Assembly: GCA_965247095.1 (NCBI GenBank)
Contig: OZ251997.1
Location: forward strand, 2,528,001 to 2,592,000
Length of the DNA stretch: 64,000 nucleotides
DNA from: Candidatus Multivorans sp.
GTDB lineage: Bacteria > Acidobacteriota > Thermoanaerobaculia > Multivoradales > Multivoraceae
Direction of reading: 5' to 3'
Positions 39,602 through 49,633 of the stretch are shown piece after piece. A program made the position numbers and the translations under genes. The stretch's first letter is position 1. The number at the start of each line of letters is the position of its first letter. The notes beneath the pieces were generated by a model that made no database searches, was not told where the DNA came from, and saw nothing but the letters and a program-made list of their open reading frames with translations.

Positions 39602-40760
39602 CCGGCCGTGGCGCGTCGTGCACGTGGTCGGGGCGCGGCCCAACTTCATCAAGATGGCGCCGCTCCTGGCCGCGTGCCGCGCCGCGTCGTCCATCGAGCC
39701 GTTGCTGGTCCACACCGGCCAGCACTACGACGACGCGATGAGCCGCTCCTTCTTCCGCGACCTGGACATTCCGCAACCCGAGATCGAACTGGGCGTGGGG
39801 CCGGGCAGCCACGCACGGCAGACGGCCGGCATCATGACCGCGTTCGAGGAGTCGCTGGCCGGACTCAGCCGCCGCCCCGACGCGGTGCTGGTGGTCGGCG
39901 ACGTCAACAGCACCGTTGCCTGCGGGCTGGTGGCCGCCAAGCTCGGCGTCCCGCTCGTCCACGTCGAGGCCGGACTGCGCAGCCGCGACCGTTCCATGCC
40001 CGAAGAGATCAACCGCATCGTCACCGACGCCATCAGCGATCTGCTGTTCTGCACCGAGCAGGCGGGCGTCGACAACCTGCTCCGCGAAGGGGTAGACTCC
40101 GACCGGGTGTTCATGGTCGGCAACCTCCTGGTGGATGCGCTGCTACGCTACCGCCCACGGTGGGCCGCGTCGCCGATTCTGGACACGCAAGGGCTCGGGG
40201 CGCGCCGCTACGCCGTGCTTACCCTTCACCGGCCGGCAAATGTGGACGATCCCCAAATGCTGGCCCGCCTGCTCGACGCTATCGAACGCATCTCGCGGGA
40301 TCTGCCCGTCGTCCTCCCCGCGCATCCGCGGCTGCGGCAGGCATTCGAGCGGTTCGGCGTGGACGACCGGGTCGCGGGAATGCGGGGAGTGCGGGTGACC
40401 CGGCCGCTCGGCTACCTCGACTTCGTGAAGCTGATGGCCGAAGCCTTGGTCTGCCTGACCGACTCGGGCGGCGTCCAGGAGGAGGCGACGGTGCTGGGCG
40501 TACCGTGCCTGACCCTGCGCGAGAACACCGAGCGGCCGGTGACGGTGGAGACCGGCGTCAACCGCATCGTCGGACGCGATCCGGACCGGATCGTGGAGGG
40601 GTACCTTGAGGCGGCGTCGATGCCGCGGCCGCGCCCCTGCGCGCCCCGGTTCTGGGACGGCCGGGCGGCGGAGCGCATCGTGTCGGTCCTGGAAGCCCGG
40701 TTGGCCGGCGTCGGGAATCCCCAAGGGAACCCAAGGGAGGTCGCGTGTCGGTCCTGCTGA
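39594..40760 (+). CDS. wecB: UDP-GlcNAc 2-epimerase (non-hydrolysing)
   Basis: GARPNFIK, HTGQHYD, HVEAGLRS, TDSGGVQEE, RENTERP. Confidence 0.94.
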   Translation: MRDRPWRVVHVVGARPNFIKMAPLLAACRAASSIEPLLVHTGQHYDDAMSRSFFRDLDIPQPEIELGVGPGSHARQTAGIMTAFEESLAGLSRRPDAVLVVGDVNSTVACGLVAAKLGVPLVHVEAGLRSRDRSMPEEINRIVTDAISDLLFCTEQAGVDNLLREGVDSDRVFMVGNLLVDALLRYRPRWAASPILDTQGLGARRYAVLTLHRPANVDDPQMLARLLDAIERISRDLPVVLPAHPRLRQAFERFGVDDRVAGMRGVRVTRPLGYLDFVKLMAEALVCLTDSGGVQEEATVLGVPCLTLRENTERPVTVETGVNRIVGRDPDRIVEGYLEAASMPRPRPCAPRFWDGRAAERIVSVLEARLAGVGNPQGNPREVACRSC

Positions 40761-42991
40761 TCGGAGGAATCTCGGCCTTGCTGGCGGTGGCGGTTGCCCT
40801 TGCGGCCGCGCCCGTCGCCGTTCGGGTGGGCAGGCGCCAGGGCTGGCTGGACGAGCCCGACGACCGCAAACGCCACTCGGCTTCCGTACCCGTAACCGGC
40901 GGCTGCGTGGTCTTCGGCGGTCTCGCCGCCGGTTGCTTCGCCGCTTTCTTCCTGAACGGGTTCGATGCGGCGGGCCTCCGCGTCGCGAGCTTCCTGGCTG
41001 CCGTCGCCATCGTCTTCGCGGTCGGACTGCTCGAGGACCTGCGCGGCTGCACGGTCGCGGGCAGGCTGTTGGCGCAAGGCGCGGCCGCCTGTCTGGTGGT
41101 CGCCCTCCTACCTGTCGCCCACATCGGTTCGGTCGAGATCTGGCCGCTGGCTGGATCGATGCTGGCCGTGATCTGGTTGGTCGGCATGACGAACGCCATC
41201 AACTTCCTGGACGGTCTCGACGGTCTCGCCGCTGGCGTGGCGTGCATCGTCGCCGGCTCTCTCGCCGTACTCGGAGCGATCCAGGGCGACGCGATATCGA
41301 CCGCCGTCGCGGCCGCCCTGTGCGCTGCCTGCGCCGGCTTTCTCAAGTGGAACTGGCGCCCGGCCCGGATCTTTCTTGGTGACAGCGGCGCCTTGACGAT
41401 CGGATTCGTGCTGGCCTGGCTCGCGCTCGATCTGGCGAGCAGGGCGAGCACACCGGCGACGGCGTCGATCCCTTTCCTGATGCTCGGGCTGCCCGCGTTC
41501 GATGCGCTGCTGGTCGCGGCCGCTCGCTTCACGGAGTCTCCGACGCGTCGGTTGCACGAGCGCATCAGGCGCGTCGTCCGGGCGGACCGCCGGCACGTGC
41601 ACCACCTTCTTGCGGCCGCGAACGGCGAACGCGCCGCCGTGCTGAAGTTGTGCGCTCTTGTGGCGTGCGTCTGCCTGCTGGCGCTCTTCGCGGTCGTGTA
41701 CGGCGGCGTCGGTCTCGCCGCTGTCATCTTGCCGGGTCAACTCCTCTTCGTCGCGCTGTTGCGCCGCGGCGCTTGGCGGGGCCGCAAAGCGGCGATCCGT
41801 CATCTGTTGCCGGCGGTGCTGGCGCTGCTGGCGGCCGCGTCTCCGGAGGCTGCAACGGCCCAGAGCAACCGGATCGACGACGATTTTCGCTCCGAGGCGC
41901 GGATGCGGTTCGGCTCGCTCTACATGACGCCGCGCTTCACGCTCGACCGGCTCGGCGTCGACACCAACGTCTTCAACACCTTCGAAGCCCAGCGCGATTT
42001 CGTGGTCGCGGGCACGCCCGCGGTCGACGTGTGGATCCCGTTCAAACGCCGGGCGCTCCTGTCGACGACCGTGGCGGTGCGCGGCGACTGGTTCGAGCGC
42101 TACGAGGGGGAGCGTTCCGTCAATCCCGATGTGCGCGCGCGCCTTGACCTGGCGGCCGGCCCCCTGACCTTCTTTGGGGCGGGCCATCGGCTCGACACGC
42201 GGCAAAGGCCCTCCTTCGATATCGACGTGAGGGCGCGTCGCGTCGAAACCGAGACCAACGGCGGCGTCCGCGTCGCCCTGACGCGGAAGCTGTCGCTCGA
42301 TCTCGAGGTCGCAGAGGACCGAGTGGAATTCGACGGCGACGAGTTCTTCGAGGGAACTCGGCTTGCCGAGACCCTCAACCGGGAAGAGCGCGCGGCGCGC
42401 GCAGCCTTCCGCTGGCAACGCACGGCGCTCTCCACCTTCGTGCTCGCGGCCGAGTCCCGCGAAATGCGCTTCGAACTGTCTCCCGAGCGAGACAGCGACA
42501 ACCTTGTCGTCACGCTCGGCGCCGAGTTCAAGCCGCGGGCGCTGATTGCGGGCGAAGCGGAGATCGGGGTGCGGCAGTTCGAGGCGCTGGGTTCGGCGGT
42601 CAGCGACATCACCGAGATCGTGGCCCGCGCGGAACTGGAGTTCGCTCTGCCCGCGGACGTGACGGCGACCGTCGAAGGGAGGCGGGACATCGAGTACTCC
42701 TTCAGCCCCCGTTACCACTACTACGTCGTCACCCGGTATGGCGTAGGGGTCGGGCGACGCCTCGGGAACGGACCGTTCGACCTGACCGGCCGCGTCGTCA
42801 GGGACGAGAACGACTATGTGGGCGGCGGCGGTCGCCGCGACGTCATTCAGCAGCACTCCGCCACGCTGGGTTACCGCCTGAACGAGTCGGTCCGGATCGG
42901 TTTGCGAGTCGGAGACGTGCGTCGGACGTCGACGGCGTATCGGGGCTTCGAGGGCCTGCAGGCGGGGATCGTGTTCGAGTACGGAAGTTGA
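40745..42991 (+). CDS. MraY/WecA-like polyprenyl-phosphate HexNAc-1-P transferase fused in frame to an outer-membrane beta-barrel (BBP2-like)
   Basis: N-half: RKRH, NAINFLDGLDGLA, FLGDSG, HVHH. C-half: signal-like segment, then amphipathic beta strands ending AGIVFEYGS. Confidence 0.8.
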   Translation: MSVLLIGGISALLAVAVALAAAPVAVRVGRRQGWLDEPDDRKRHSASVPVTGGCVVFGGLAAGCFAAFFLNGFDAAGLRVASFLAAVAIVFAVGLLEDLRGCTVAGRLLAQGAAACLVVALLPVAHIGSVEIWPLAGSMLAVIWLVGMTNAINFLDGLDGLAAGVACIVAGSLAVLGAIQGDAISTAVAAALCAACAGFLKWNWRPARIFLGDSGALTIGFVLAWLALDLASRASTPATASIPFLMLGLPAFDALLVAAARFTESPTRRLHERIRRVVRADRRHVHHLLAAANGERAAVLKLCALVACVCLLALFAVVYGGVGLAAVILPGQLLFVALLRRGAWRGRKAAIRHLLPAVLALLAAASPEAATAQSNRIDDDFRSEARMRFGSLYMTPRFTLDRLGVDTNVFNTFEAQRDFVVAGTPAVDVWIPFKRRALLSTTVAVRGDWFERYEGERSVNPDVRARLDLAAGPLTFFGAGHRLDTRQRPSFDIDVRARRVETETNGGVRVALTRKLSLDLEVAEDRVEFDGDEFFEGTRLAETLNREERAARAAFRWQRTALSTFVLAAESREMRFELSPERDSDNLVVTLGAEFKPRALIAGEAEIGVRQFEALGSAVSDITEIVARAELEFALPADVTATVEGRRDIEYSFSPRYHYYVVTRYGVGVGRRLGNGPFDLTGRVVRDENDYVGGGGRRDVIQQHSATLGYRLNESVRIGLRVGDVRRTSTAYRGFEGLQAGIVFEYGS

Positions 42992-43007
42992 CGACCTCCA
43001 CTATCCT

Positions 43008-43045
43008 CCAAAACGTCACCAAGACGTCGCCAAAACGTCACCGGA
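43008..43045 (+). promoter_or_regulatory. Three tandem 11-bp direct repeats upstream of wza, a putative regulator binding site
   Basis: CCAAAACGTCA CCAAGACGTCG CCAAAACGTCA. Confidence 0.55.
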
Positions 43046-43153
43046 AGGCCACATTGCAGTGCATCATATGGATAGACTCCCGCTCCGTCCGAAACTGGCC
43101 GTGAGGGTCCCAAGGGGAAGACCGTCGTCGCTGGCGGCTCGAGGTGAACGTTC

Positions 43154-44026
43154 ATGAGTAGGTGCAAGAGCCGCGGTCACGTCACGACGTGCATTCCTTC
43201 CGCCTGGAGGGTGGCCGTCGTGACCGTCTGCCTGGCGTGGACCGGCGCCGCGAACGTCGGGGCCGTCGCGGAGGACGATCAGAACTACTTGATCGGCCCG
43301 CAGGACACGCTGCGGATCGATGTATTCGACCAACCCGATCTCAGCGGCCGGTACACCGTCGAGCTGGACGGGTCCCTGTCGTTTCCGCTGATCGGCCGGA
43401 TCGCCGCCGGCGGGTCGACGGTGCGCGCCTTCGAGCAGACGCTGGTGGATCGCCTCTCGGACGGCTATTTCCGGAACCCGCGGGTGAACGTCTCGGTCGA
43501 GGAGTACAACAGCCAGCGAGTGTTCATCGTCGGTGAGGTCCTGCGGCCCGGCGCTTACCCGTTGAGCGGCGAGATGCGGCTCGTCGAGCTGCTGGCGTTC
43601 GGGGGCGGGGCTACGCCGACGGCGGCCGGGACAGCCCTGGTCGTTCGGGCGGAAGACGGCCGGGAGACGCCGGCGCTTCCGGGGGAAGACGGGGTCGCCG
43701 CGGGCGTGCAGGTCGACCTCGACGCCCTGGAGACCGGCGACCTCTCGCAGAACGTCGTACTGCGCGACGGCGATACCGTCTTCGTGCCCGAGGCCGACGT
43801 GGTGTACGTGTTCGGCGAGGTCCGCAGCCCCGGGCGCTATCCCATCCGGCACGACACCGTCGTGCTGCAGGTGCTGTCGCTTGCGGGCGGAACCACGGAG
43901 TTCGCCGCGCTCAACCGCGTCCGCATTCTCCGCGTCGTGAACGGAGCGCAGAAGGAGATCAAGGTCAAGCTCGACGATCCCGTAGAGCCCAACGACATCA
44001 TCCGGGTTCCGGAGCGATTGTTCTGA
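43154..44026 (+). CDS. Polysaccharide export protein (Poly_export plus SLBB, Wza-like); start may be slightly downstream
   Basis: YLIGPQDTL, DG.LSFPLIG, GEV..PG.Y twice, DIIRVPE. Confidence 0.9.
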   Translation: MSRCKSRGHVTTCIPSAWRVAVVTVCLAWTGAANVGAVAEDDQNYLIGPQDTLRIDVFDQPDLSGRYTVELDGSLSFPLIGRIAAGGSTVRAFEQTLVDRLSDGYFRNPRVNVSVEEYNSQRVFIVGEVLRPGAYPLSGEMRLVELLAFGGGATPTAAGTALVVRAEDGRETPALPGEDGVAAGVQVDLDALETGDLSQNVVLRDGDTVFVPEADVVYVFGEVRSPGRYPIRHDTVVLQVLSLAGGTTEFAALNRVRILRVVNGAQKEIKVKLDDPVEPNDIIRVPERLF

Positions 44027-46242
44027 TGGCGGAGAACGGGACGGACCCCCGCCGTTATCGCCAGGCATGGGCGTACGAATCCGACGAACGGCGCCTGGGG
44101 GATTCCCTCCGCATCCTCTACAGGCGGCGTTGGCTCGGCGGCACCGTCTTCGCGGTCGTCGTGGTAACGGCGTTCATCTTCGCGGTGACGCCGACGCCGG
44201 TCTACGAGGCGTCGGCGCGGCTCCAGATCGAGAGGGACGCGCCGAACGTCGTGAGCTTCGAGGAGGTCATCACGGAGAGTGCTAGGTCGTTTCGGTCCGA
44301 GTTCTATCGGACCCAGTACGAGATTCTGCGCAGCCGGGCCCTGGCCCGCGCGACGATGGATCGGCTGGGACTCTGGGATCGCCCCGACCTCATCGATGAA
44401 AAACAGTTCCACCCCGTGGCCTCGACCATCCGCTTGCTGACGTCGTCGCTCAGGTTGTTTTCGCGGCGGCGCTCCGGCGGAGAACTTGGCGTGGCCGTAG
44501 AAACCCGCGCCGAGTCGGCGGCGACCAACCGGTTCATGAGCAAGCTCGACGTCATACCCGTGCGCGACAGCCGCATCGTCGACGTCCGGTTCGAATCCAC
44601 GGTTCCAGCCCTGACCGCGGAGGTCGCCAACACCCTGGTGCAGGAGTACATCGATCAGGACCTGCGATTCCGGCAAGCGTCCTCGAGGGACGCTTCGACC
44701 TGGTTGCAGCAGCGGATCGAGGAGCAGCGCAGCCTGGTCGAAGCGTCCCAGCTTGTGCTCCAGCGCTATCGCGAAACGCAGGGCACGGTGTCGCTGAACG
44801 ACCGCCAGAGCATCATGGCCCAGGAGCTGGCGGACCTGAACGGCGCCGTCACGCGGGCGGCCGCCGCGCGCATCGCCCGCGAGTCGCGCTACAGCGCGAT
44901 CGAGTCCGCGCAGGACGATCCGCGGGCCCTCGACCGGTTCCCCGAGATTCTCGGCAACCCGTTCATTCAGCAGCAAAAGGCGCGCGTGGCGGAGCTTCAG
45001 CGAGAGGCGAACAGTCTGGCCAGCGAACTCGGCGATCTCCATCCCCAACTGATCGGCGTCCGAACGGACGTGGCGGATGCGGAGGCCCGACTGCGGGAGG
45101 AAGTGGACAAGATCGTCGATTCGGTGCGAACCGAGTACGAGGTCGCGCGCAACGAGGAGGAGCAGTTACGGTCGGAACTCGAGCGTCGGACGCAGGCGGC
45201 GCTCGCGCTCGATCGCAAGGGCATCGAGTACGGGGTGCTGGTGCGCGAGGCCGACAGCGTGCGCCGAATCTACGACTCGCTGCTGCAGCGCGCGGACGAG
45301 ACGAGCGTAACCGGCGAACTGCAAGCCAGCACGATCCGGATCGTGGACGCCGCGGAAGTGCCGCTGCGACCCTCGCGACCGCGGCCGCTGCGGACGATGC
45401 TGTTCGGAGTCTTCGGCGCGAGCATTCTCGCCTTCGGGCTGATCTTCTTCGTGGAGCACCTCGACGACCGCCTCAAGACGCCGGACGACATCAAGACGGG
45501 TCTCGGTCAGGCGTACCTCGGCATGGTGCCCAGGGTCGATTCGGAAGGCGACGGCGACCTGCTGCAGGTTGGGCCAGCGGTGCCCGACAACTTCGCGGCG
45601 GCCGTCAGGACGATCCGCACCAGCCTCTTCTTCTCGTCGGCGGAGGAGGGCTGCCGATCGGTCGCGGTTACGAGCGCCGAGCCCGGGGACGGCAAGAGCG
45701 TCCTGGCGAGCAATCTCGCGTACGCGATCGCCCAGTCGGGCCAGTGGGCGCTCCTCATCGACACCGACAACAGACGGGCCACCCAGCACCGGTGCTGGAA
45801 GCAGGAGAAGGCGCCCGGCCTCACCGACATCTTGGCCGGGCAAGCCGAGTCCGACGATGCCATCCGGAAAATCGACCCGCGTCTCTCGGTGCTGCCGGCG
45901 GGCACGAGGTCTCCCAATGTGACCGAACTCATCGCGTCCAAGCGCTTCCAGGCCTTCCTGGCTTCGCAGTACGAACGCTACGACTGGATCGTGCTGGACA
46001 CGCCGCCGGTGCTGCCGATCCCCGACGCAAGCATCGTGGCCCACGCCGTGAACCACGTGCTGTTCGTCGTCGACGCGGAGTCGACGCACCGGCGCACCGC
46101 CGCCGCCGCGCTGGAACGGCTGGTATCGGACGGCGCCCGAGTCGTCGGCGTCGTGCTCAACAAGGTGAATCTCAAGGCCCATCCGTACTACTACTCGCAG
46201 TACTACCGGCGCAACTACAGCCGCTACTACGAGAGGGCCTAG
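44026..46242 (+). CDS. Polysaccharide co-polymerase/tyrosine autokinase (Wzc-like)
   Basis: Coiled-coil periplasmic domain, Walker A GDGKS, DTPP, C-terminal Tyr cluster YYYSQYYRRNYSRYY. Confidence 0.92.
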   Translation: MAENGTDPRRYRQAWAYESDERRLGDSLRILYRRRWLGGTVFAVVVVTAFIFAVTPTPVYEASARLQIERDAPNVVSFEEVITESARSFRSEFYRTQYEILRSRALARATMDRLGLWDRPDLIDEKQFHPVASTIRLLTSSLRLFSRRRSGGELGVAVETRAESAATNRFMSKLDVIPVRDSRIVDVRFESTVPALTAEVANTLVQEYIDQDLRFRQASSRDASTWLQQRIEEQRSLVEASQLVLQRYRETQGTVSLNDRQSIMAQELADLNGAVTRAAAARIARESRYSAIESAQDDPRALDRFPEILGNPFIQQQKARVAELQREANSLASELGDLHPQLIGVRTDVADAEARLREEVDKIVDSVRTEYEVARNEEEQLRSELERRTQAALALDRKGIEYGVLVREADSVRRIYDSLLQRADETSVTGELQASTIRIVDAAEVPLRPSRPRPLRTMLFGVFGASILAFGLIFFVEHLDDRLKTPDDIKTGLGQAYLGMVPRVDSEGDGDLLQVGPAVPDNFAAAVRTIRTSLFFSSAEEGCRSVAVTSAEPGDGKSVLASNLAYAIAQSGQWALLIDTDNRRATQHRCWKQEKAPGLTDILAGQAESDDAIRKIDPRLSVLPAGTRSPNVTELIASKRFQAFLASQYERYDWIVLDTPPVLPIPDASIVAHAVNHVLFVVDAESTHRRTAAAALERLVSDGARVVGVVLNKVNLKAHPYYYSQYYRRNYSRYYERA

Positions 46243-46271
46243 CGCTAGCGATTCGACGCCCCGGGGCACCG

Positions 46272-46300
46272 TTGACCGGCCATGGCAGCCGTGTTACGTT
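46272..46300 (+). promoter_or_regulatory. Putative sigma70 promoter of the atp operon
   Basis: TTGACC-N17-TACGTT with an extended -10 TG. Confidence 0.55.
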
Positions 46301-46398
46301 ACCGCCGCTTTTCGGGGCCGGGCGAGAGGTTGGCAGCAACGCCGGAACACCCCCTAAGCCCGAGAAAACAGACCCGGACGACCGCGGGACGAGCAACT

Positions 46399-46821
46399 GT
46401 GGATTTCGACGCCAGCCTCCTGGTCATCATGGCGATTTTCTGGGCCACCTATGTGGTGGTGCGGATCTTCCTGATTGGCCCGGTCATGAAGATGCTCCGG
46501 GAGCGGGACAGCGAGATCGTGACCGCTCAAGAGACGCTCGACCGGGCTCAGGCCGAAGTCGAGGCGAGGATGGAAGCGCAGCGCGGGAAGCTGAAGGAAG
46601 CCCGGGTCGAGGCGGCTGTCCGCCGCGACGAGATGCGGCGCGAGGCGCAGCAGGCGCGCGAACGGATGGTCGCGGAGGCTCGGCAGGAAGCGGACGCGGA
46701 GCTTCAGCAGGCGCTCGCGTCGCTGGCAGCCGAGACGGCCGAACAGCGCCGCACCCTCGAAGTCCGGGCCGAGCGGCTTGCCGAGGAGATGACCGCGAAG
46801 TTGATGGGGGCGGCGTCGTGA
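46399..46821 (+). CDS. atpF: ATP synthase F0 subunit b'
   Basis: N-terminal membrane helix plus charged coiled coil; first gene of the atp cluster. Confidence 0.8.
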   Translation: MDFDASLLVIMAIFWATYVVVRIFLIGPVMKMLRERDSEIVTAQETLDRAQAEVEARMEAQRGKLKEARVEAAVRRDEMRREAQQARERMVAEARQEADAELQQALASLAAETAEQRRTLEVRAERLAEEMTAKLMGAAS

Positions 46822-47441
46822 AGTCGGTGACTGCGAAATCACTGTCCGCGGCGTTGCTCTGGACGCTCTTCGCCGGCGCGGCGGCAGCGTTCGGCGCCGA
46901 GGTGGGCGGCGACGGGGAACCGGCGACCTTCCTGGGTCTGCCGCGCTGGGTCTTCTCCTGGTTCAACATGATCGTGCTCTTCGGCGGTCTCGGCTACCTG
47001 ATCTGGCCGAAGGCCGCGGCGGCGCTCGAGGCGCGCCGGGTCCAGATCCGCGACAGCCTGATGACGGCCCGCCGCCAGCGCGCCGACGCCGAGGAGTTGC
47101 GCGACGGCCTCGCCGGTCAACTGGCCGGCTTGGAGGCGGAGGTCGCGCAGGCCGTCGAGCGCTCGGAGCGGCAGGGCGAGCGCGAGGCGCGGGAGATCGT
47201 TGCCCTGGCCGAGCGGGAGCGCGAACGGATGACGGAACAGACCCGCGCCGAGATCCGGAGCCGCGCGGCACGCGCCCGGGTCGAGCTCGCGGAGCACGCG
47301 GCGCGACTCGCGACCTCGCTGGCTACCGCGCGCCTGGAGCGGGAAGTCGATTCGGCCGCGCGCCGTCGAATCCTCGACCGCGGACTGCTCAGCCTGGAGA
47401 GCCACGCCGACGAGTCGTCTTCCGGAGCGGCCGCGCGATGA
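46818..47441 (+). CDS. atpF: ATP synthase F0 subunit b
   Basis: WFNMIVLFGGL membrane helix plus coiled coil; GTGA overlap with b'. Confidence 0.8.
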   Translation: MKSVTAKSLSAALLWTLFAGAAAAFGAEVGGDGEPATFLGLPRWVFSWFNMIVLFGGLGYLIWPKAAAALEARRVQIRDSLMTARRQRADAEELRDGLAGQLAGLEAEVAQAVERSERQGEREAREIVALAERERERMTEQTRAEIRSRAARARVELAEHAARLATSLATARLEREVDSAARRRILDRGLLSLESHADESSSGAAAR

Positions 47442-48007
47442 TCTACCGCTACGCGAGGCCCTACGCGCAAGCTCTGATGGGCGCCGCCGGTTCGCTCGAG
47501 CGGGCGCAGGCGACCCGTGACGACCTGGCCGCCTTCGCGGACGCGATGCGGACCGTGCCGCGCTTGGGCCGCATGGCCTCGAATCCCGGGGTGCCGCCGG
47601 CGACGAAGCGGGCGGTCGTCGACGAGATCGCCGGCATGCTCGAAGCGCGCGAGTTGACGCGGCGGCTGCTGCGGCTGTTGCTCGACAACTACCGCCTGGT
47701 TCACCTGGCGGCGATCCTCGAAGCGATCGACGAGTTGCTCGACCGGGCCCGCGGCGTGGTCAGCGCCACGGTGACCGCGGCCGAGGAGCTCGATGCCGAT
47801 CAGCAGGCGCGGCTCAAGGGCGCCCTTGAGCGGCTCTCCGGCGCCCAGGTGCGGTTGGAGAGCCGGGTCGACCCGAGTTTGATCGGAGGCTTCGTGGCCC
47901 AGTTCGGCAGTCATCGCTACGACGCGAGCGTGCGCGGCCAGTTGGCCGTTCTGGAATCAAGGTTGACGGCGGAATCGCCGACCATGGCGGCGGACGCCGC
48001 CCAGTAG
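47438..48007 (+). CDS. atpH: ATP synthase delta subunit
   Basis: ARPYAQAL, VDPSLIGG, YDASV. Confidence 0.93.
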   Translation: MIYRYARPYAQALMGAAGSLERAQATRDDLAAFADAMRTVPRLGRMASNPGVPPATKRAVVDEIAGMLEARELTRRLLRLLLDNYRLVHLAAILEAIDELLDRARGVVSATVTAAEELDADQQARLKGALERLSGAQVRLESRVDPSLIGGFVAQFGSHRYDASVRGQLAVLESRLTAESPTMAADAAQ

Positions 48008-48059
48008 GACTTCGAGCGCTCCGCAATCCGGAGCGGACCCTTAAGGGAGTAGAGCAGCT

Positions 48060-49598
48060 ATGCAGGTAAGAGCCGATGAGATCGCAGCGGTCCTCGAGCG
48101 CCAGTTGGCCGGCTACGAGGCCGAGGTCGATGTCGCCGAAGTCGGCACCGTCCTGAGTGTCGGTGACGGCATCGCGCGGGTCTACGGCCTGGAACAGGCC
48201 ATGGCCGGCGAGTTGCTGGCGTTCCCGAACGACGTCTACGGTCTGGCGCTGAACCTGGAGGAAGACCAGGTCGGCGCCGTGCTGATGGGCGAGTCGCGGC
48301 TGGTGGAAGAAGGCGACGAGGTTCGCCGCACCGGCCGCGTCATGGAGGTGCCGGTGGGACCGGCGCTGGTCGGTCGCGTGGTCGACCCGCTCGGCAATCC
48401 GATCGACGGCAAGGGCCCGATCGAGAGTGCGGATAGCTATCCGATCGAGCGGATTGCGCCCGGCGTCATCGATCGTGAGCCGGTGTCGGAGCCGATGCAG
48501 ACCGGGATCAAGGCGATCGACTCGATGATCCCGATCGGCCGCGGTCAGCGTGAGCTGATCATCGGCGACCGCCAGATCGGCAAGACGGCGGTGGCGGTCG
48601 ACGCGATCATCAACCAGAAGGGCGGCGACGTGGTCTGCGTCTACGTCGCGATCGGCCAGAAGCGCTCGACGGTTGCCCAGGTGGTCAAGACGCTCGAGGA
48701 CCACGGGGCGATGGAGCACACGATCGTCGTCTCCTCCTCCGCCTCGGAGCCTGCGCCGCTCCAGTTCATCGCGCCCTATGCCGGCTGCGCGATGGGCGAG
48801 TACTTCCTGTACAACGGCCAGCACGCCCTGGTGATCTACGACGACTTGTCGAAGCAGGCGGCCTCCTACCGCGAGGTTTCCCTGCTGCTGCGGCGGCCGC
48901 CCGGACGCGAGGCGTACCCCGGCGACGTGTTCTACCTGCACTCACGGCTGCTTGAGCGGGCGGCGAAGTTGTCCCGCGCCAACGGCGGGGGCTCCCTGAC
49001 CGCACTGCCGATCATCGAGACTCAGGCCGGCGATGTCTCGGCCTACATCCCGACCAACGTGATCTCGATCACGGACGGTCAGATCTTCCTCGAGGGCGAC
49101 CTCTTCTTCTCCGGCGTGCGGCCGGCGGTGAACGTCGGCATCTCGGTCAGCCGGGTCGGCGGCAACGCGCAGATCAACGCGATGCGCAAGAACTCCGGCA
49201 CCCTGCGGTTGGACCTGGCGCAGTACCGGTCGCTCGCGGCCTTCGCGCAGTTCGGGTCCGATCTCGACCGGATCACCCTGCAGCAGTTGGCGCGCGGTGA
49301 ACGCCTGGTCGAGTTGCTGAAGCAGGGGCAGTACTCGCCGCTGTCGATCGAGGACCAGGTGATCTCGATCCTCGCCGGCACCAGGGGCGCCCTCGACGAC
49401 CTGAAGGTCGAGGCTGTACGGCCGTTCGAGGCGTTCCTGCACAGTTACTTCCGCGACGAAGAGCCCGAACTCCGGGATCGGATCCGGCAGGAAGGCAAGC
49501 TCAGCGACGAATTGGACTCCCAGGTCATGGAGGCGATGGGACGAGCCTTCCAGCTCTACGTGGCCGAGAAGCCCGACGCCGCGGTCGCAGAGAACTAG
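48060..49598 (+). CDS. atpA: ATP synthase alpha subunit
   Basis: [29 protein letters not shown]. Confidence 0.98.
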   Translation: MQVRADEIAAVLERQLAGYEAEVDVAEVGTVLSVGDGIARVYGLEQAMAGELLAFPNDVYGLALNLEEDQVGAVLMGESRLVEEGDEVRRTGRVMEVPVGPALVGRVVDPLGNPIDGKGPIESADSYPIERIAPGVIDREPVSEPMQTGIKAIDSMIPIGRGQRELIIGDRQIGKTAVAVDAIINQKGGDVVCVYVAIGQKRSTVAQVVKTLEDHGAMEHTIVVSSSASEPAPLQFIAPYAGCAMGEYFLYNGQHALVIYDDLSKQAASYREVSLLLRRPPGREAYPGDVFYLHSRLLERAAKLSRANGGGSLTALPIIETQAGDVSAYIPTNVISITDGQIFLEGDLFFSGVRPAVNVGISVSRVGGNAQINAMRKNSGTLRLDLAQYRSLAAFAQFGSDLDRITLQQLARGERLVELLKQGQYSPLSIEDQVISILAGTRGALDDLKVEAVRPFEAFLHSYFRDEEPELRDRIRQEGKLSDELDSQVMEAMGRAFQLYVAEKPDAAVAEN

Positions 49599-49633
49599 GG
49601 ACTCGCGGGACGTTTCCGAGGTAGGTCCGAGTC

